The notes under the pieces are model-generated. The model was not told the origin of the DNA and ran no database searches. It saw only the letters and a program-made list of their open reading frames with translations. 32,000 bases of DNA, from the NCBI RefSeq assembly GCF_001465295.1, contig NZ_CP011035.1, positions 60,001 through 92,000 of the forward strand. Direction: 5' to 3'. The position numbers and the translations under genes were made by a program. Below are positions 26,779 to 32,000 of this stretch, piece after piece. Every line of letters starts with the position of its first letter. Position 1 is the first letter of the stretch. The stretch comes from Pseudoalteromonas translucida KMM 520 (GTDB lineage Bacteria; Pseudomonadota; Gammaproteobacteria; Enterobacterales; Alteromonadaceae).

Positions 26779-27685
26779 TCGCACTCAAAATATCGTTAAA
26801 GCTTTCGTTGTCGTGAAGGCTAGCAAACGCACTCTCGTGTAGTAGTTCATTGCGTAAGTTAGGTGAGTAATCTAACGCCATTTTTATATCGGCTAACGCA
26901 TCGGCATGCTCATGAATTAACGCATAAGCACACGCACGTTGCCAATAAGCATAGCCATAATCGCTGTCTATCTCTATTGCTTGGTTACACAGCTCAATAG
27001 CTTGAGCTGTATCGTTAATTTCTAGCAGCGCATCGGCTTTATAAGCAATGGCTTCTACGTCTTCGGGTTTACGTTTTAAAATTTCGTCAAAAATTTCAAT
27101 TTTGTTAGCAAAATCACTTTCTAAATTAGCCCGCATCCACAGCGAATGAACTTCATTAGTGACCGAAATCCGCTCTTGGTTACTGAGTATTTCTTCAGAG
27201 CGAACGCGTAGTTTTTCTTCAAGAATTTTTAAGCGATCTTCATACTCATCGGTAATAACGCTTACTCGGGTATTTACTATGTCTTCTACTTTATTTTTAA
27301 CATCGCGCAGCGAGTTCCAACCCACTAATACTAAAATTGACGCGGTAGCAGTAATAATAAAAAATACATTGTTAATAGTATCAGTAGTATAAGTAATTGC
27401 ACGGTCGGCGGTATCTAGCTGGGCATGAGTAACTTGTTTAGTTACATCCTCACGTAGTTTTTGCTGATCTTGACGCACAGCTCTAAGCTCATCAAGAATA
27501 TAGCGCTCCATTAGCGGCTTATACATAGGAGCTGCTAGCCCATCAACAGCTTGGTTTTGTTGCTGCTCGCTGGGAGCCGAAAAAGGGTCATCTTCAGCAG
27601 CAATGATCGCTGTAGAATTAAAAGTTACGCAAATAAACAATAGTAATAAAAAGTAACGCATAGTACGCCTAATAAATAAAATCAA
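26768..27685 (-). CDS. Envelope protein with signal peptide, coiled coil, internal TM and C-terminal TPR repeats
   Basis: 305-aa ORF. MRYFLLLLFICVTFNSTAIIAA signal sequence, hydrophobic segment INNVFFIITATASILVLVGW, and TPR-like repeats (AIAYKADALLEINDTAQAIELCNQAIEIDSDYGYAYWQRACAYALI). Confidence 0.6.
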   Translation of the reverse strand: MILFIRRTMRYFLLLLFICVTFNSTAIIAAEDDPFSAPSEQQQNQAVDGLAAPMYKPLMERYILDELRAVRQDQQKLREDVTKQVTHAQLDTADRAITYTTDTINNVFFIITATASILVLVGWNSLRDVKNKVEDIVNTRVSVITDEYEDRLKILEEKLRVRSEEILSNQERISVTNEVHSLWMRANLESDFANKIEIFDEILKRKPEDVEAIAYKADALLEINDTAQAIELCNQAIEIDSDYGYAYWQRACAYALIHEHADALADIKMALDYSPNLRNELLHESAFASLHDNESFNDILSATSV

Positions 27686-27832
27686 TAAATCGCTAAGGCA
27701 ACTTTAACATGCACAGATTCAGGGTACTAGAGGAGGTTGGTGTTTCGTTAAACACTTTATAGCGCTAGTTAGGTAATTAACACCAGTTTGCAGCTATTAG
27801 ATATTTTTAGACGCTATTGATAAAAATTAGGC

Positions 27833-27859
27833 AAAAAAAACCAGCTCAAGGTGAGCTGG
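27833..27859 (-). terminator. Orphan rho-independent terminator (minus-strand orientation)
   Basis: 8-bp stem ccagctca/tgagctgg with a 3-nt loop. On the minus strand it is followed by T8. No annotated minus-strand gene lies upstream of it between here and katG. Confidence 0.5.
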
Positions 27860-28279
27860 CAAAAACTACTTAAAACAACATAATGTCAAAGGGAAAAACA
27901 ATAAGTTAGATTGCATAATAACGGTATTTAGCTGAACATTTACTTAACTTAATTCAACTATTTAAAAAATTTGTTGAAAAAATAAAGGTGTAAAAATAAG
28001 CTATCACACCTTTATTTTGGTCACATGGTGAAGGAAAAGTATATTTAATAAAAACAACTTAAAGCCACTTTAAAACCCTTCGTAAATAGATACGCTGCTA
28101 GTTTTGATACCGATCAGTTTTATTTTTAACTTTAAATTCAGTGATCGCTTTGAGGTGTATAGCCCGTATGAGTAAGTCATTGTAAGAATTAAAAAATACG
28201 ATTTATAAATGAAAGGTTTATTTAAATTAAATACTCATCAAAAAAATTAATAACAGCAATCTATTTAAAGCATCGATAG

Positions 28280-30532
<2,253 letters not shown>

Positions 30533-30557
30533 CCTTATCTGCAGGTAAATAAACACA

Positions 30558-30587
30558 GGGGAGTATTAATTACTCCCCTATTTTTTT
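30558..30587 (+). terminator. Rho-independent terminator of katG
   Basis: ggggagta-ttaa-tactcccc followed by ta and T7. Confidence 0.8.
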
Positions 30588-30624
30588 GGGGCATAGTTCC
30601 TTAAAAGCCATGTTTGCATAAACA

Positions 30625-30770
30625 GAAAAGAATGGGAGTAAATAACCAGACCTAAAACATATGGTTCATGGCATTATTAACTCCTCTAAAAGCGCAGCGC
30701 CTCATAACCTCTTTGTGAGTTAATCATTTAATGAGGCTATTGCCCGCAACTCGAAGCGCAAATAACAAGC
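30625..30770 (-). repeat. Family-2 intergenic repeat, inverted copy
   Basis: The reverse complement of 30681-30717 is tcacaaagaggttatgaggcgctgcgcttttagagga, differing at 4 positions from 24352-24388. The downstream tatttactcccattc block (30629-30643) is also shared. Confidence 0.45.
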
Positions 30771-30772
30771 AC

Positions 30773-30801
30773 AAAAAAACGGCGCTAAAGTTAGCACCGT
30801 T
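30773..30801 (-). terminator. Rho-independent terminator of the ABC-F gene
   Basis: On the minus strand: aacggtgc-taacttta-gcgccgtt followed by T7, about 40 nt after the stop. Confidence 0.7.
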
Positions 30802-30839
30802 TTTACTTAATACTTAAATAAAGTACTTAAAACCTGTTA

Positions 30840-32000
30840 TTACGCTACTTTTTTCTCTTCACAACTGGCTAGGTATTCGTCAAACGAGCCTTGAAAGTCG
30901 ATTACTTGCTTATCTTTAATATCGATAATACGCGTAGCAAGTGACGATACAAACTCACGGTCATGGCTTACAAAAATAAGCGTACCTTGGAAGTCTTTTA
31001 ACGCATTGTTAAGTGCTTCAATGGCTTCCATATCCATGTGGTTTGTAGGCTCGTCCATTACGAGTACGTTAACGTCTTGCATCATTAACTTACCAAATAA
31101 CAAACGGTTTTTTTCACCACCTGAACAGTTACGCGCTTTTTTGTTTGAATCGTCTGCTGTAAACAACAAACGGCCTAACATGCCACGTACCATTAAATCG
31201 TTGTGCTTAGCTGTGCGCCACTGCGACATCCAATCAAACAAAGTTAAATCGTTGTCAAAATCTTTAGTGCTGTCTTGCGGGCAATAACCAAAAGTAGCAT
31301 TTTCAGACCACTTAACTTCGCCCTCTAAGCTTTTAAGCTCGTCTACTAAACAGCGTAAAAAGGTGGTTTTACCCACACCATTTTCGCCAATTACTGCAAG
31401 CTTAGCGCCGGCTTCAAGTAATAAGTCGCCGCCAGAGAACAACATTTCGCCATCAAAGCCATGGCCAATTTTGTTAACTTCAAGCGCTTGGCGATACATT
31501 TTTTTACCTTCGTCAAAGCTCAGCGAAGGGCTCATACGGCTTGACGATTTAACTTCATCAAGTTTAATTTTATCCATTTTTTTAGCACGCGAACTTGCTT
31601 GTTTCGCTTTAGATGCGTTAGCACCAAAACGGTTAACAAAGTCTTGTAGTTCGTCAATTTCAGCGCTCTTTTTCGCGTTTTCAGCAAGTAATTGCTCGCG
31701 TTGTAGGCCAGCGGCTTCTAAAAACTTCTCGTAGTTACCAGGGTAAATACGCAGCTCGCCGTAATCAATATCGGCCATGTGTGTACATACCGAGTTTAAA
31801 AAGTGACGGTCATGCGAAATAATAATCATGGTACATTTACGCTTGTTAAGCTCGTTAGCAAGCCAGGTAATTGTATGAATATCCAAGTTATTGGTAGGCT
31901 CATCGAGTAGCAAAATATCAGGGTTTGCAAACAACGCCTGTGCTAAAAGCACACGTAGTTTCCAGCCTGGCGCTACGTTTGCCATTAAGCCATAATGAAA
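30840..32000 (-). CDS. ABC-F family ATPase (YbiT/EttA-like), 5'-truncated by the window edge
   Basis: Two ABC cassettes with no TM domain. Signatures include [21 protein letters not shown] (Walker A of the second cassette), CSGGEKNRL and [12 protein letters not shown], with a charged interdomain linker. The frame stays open to the window end. Confidence 0.85.
   Translation of the reverse strand, partial: FHYGLMANVAPGWKLRVLLAQALFANPDILLLDEPTNNLDIHTITWLANELNKRKCTMIIISHDRHFLNSVCTHMADIDYGELRIYPGNYEKFLEAAGLQREQLLAENAKKSAEIDELQDFVNRFGANASKAKQASSRAKKMDKIKLDEVKSSSRMSPSLSFDEGKKMYRQALEVNKIGHGFDGEMLFSGGDLLLEAGAKLAVIGENGVGKTTFLRCLVDELKSLEGEVKWSENATFGYCPQDSTKDFDNDLTLFDWMSQWRTAKHNDLMVRGMLGRLLFTADDSNKKARNCSGGEKNRLLFGKLMMQDVNVLVMDEPTNHMDMEAIEALNNALKDFQGTLIFVSHDREFVSSLATRIIDIKDKQVIDFQGSFDEYLASCEEKKVA

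Overview
AT-rich gammaproteobacterial chromosome segment. The protein sequences look Alteromonadales/Pseudoalteromonas-like, but I cannot verify this without a search. Most of the window is housekeeping or accessory metabolism. In order:
- isocitrate lyase
- a secreted S9 peptidase
- a GH3 beta-N-acetylhexosaminidase-like lipoprotein co-transcribed with a lone pxpA (LamB/YcsF) gene
- a complete Fur-type heme acquisition locus: hmuTUV on the minus strand, diverging from tonB-exbB-exbD, a TonB-dependent heme receptor and hmuS
- cspA
- a nucleoside salvage cluster (nupC-udk diverging from deoB-deoD)
- fpr
- three poorly characterised envelope or secreted genes
- katG
- a partial ABC-F ATPase

The stand-out feature is a visibly more G+C-rich insertion of about 1.8 kb at about 16260-18058.
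- It encodes a 505-aa TnpB-type (IS200/IS605 OrfB) RuvC nuclease with an intact D/E/D triad and a CxxC...CxxC zinc finger.
- There is no TnpA partner.
- Its 3' end is a hairpin-dense region consistent with an omega (right-end) guide RNA.
- Its two ends carry a 22-nt imperfect direct repeat.
- It sits inside a decayed sensor diguanylate cyclase (GGDEF) gene that also has two frameshifts and appears to lack its middle part.

The intergenic space is unusually repeat-rich.
- A roughly 160-210 bp palindromic MITE-like element occurs three times. Two inverted copies bracket the 13-kb peptidase-to-heme-uptake block.
- There is a four-unit iteron-like array.
- A second repeat family of about 130-150 nt occurs in at least three places.
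- A gene-free patchwork of about 0.9 kb contains a heptamer microsatellite.
- There are orphan terminator hairpins upstream of katG.

No rRNA, tRNA or CRISPR array was recognised.
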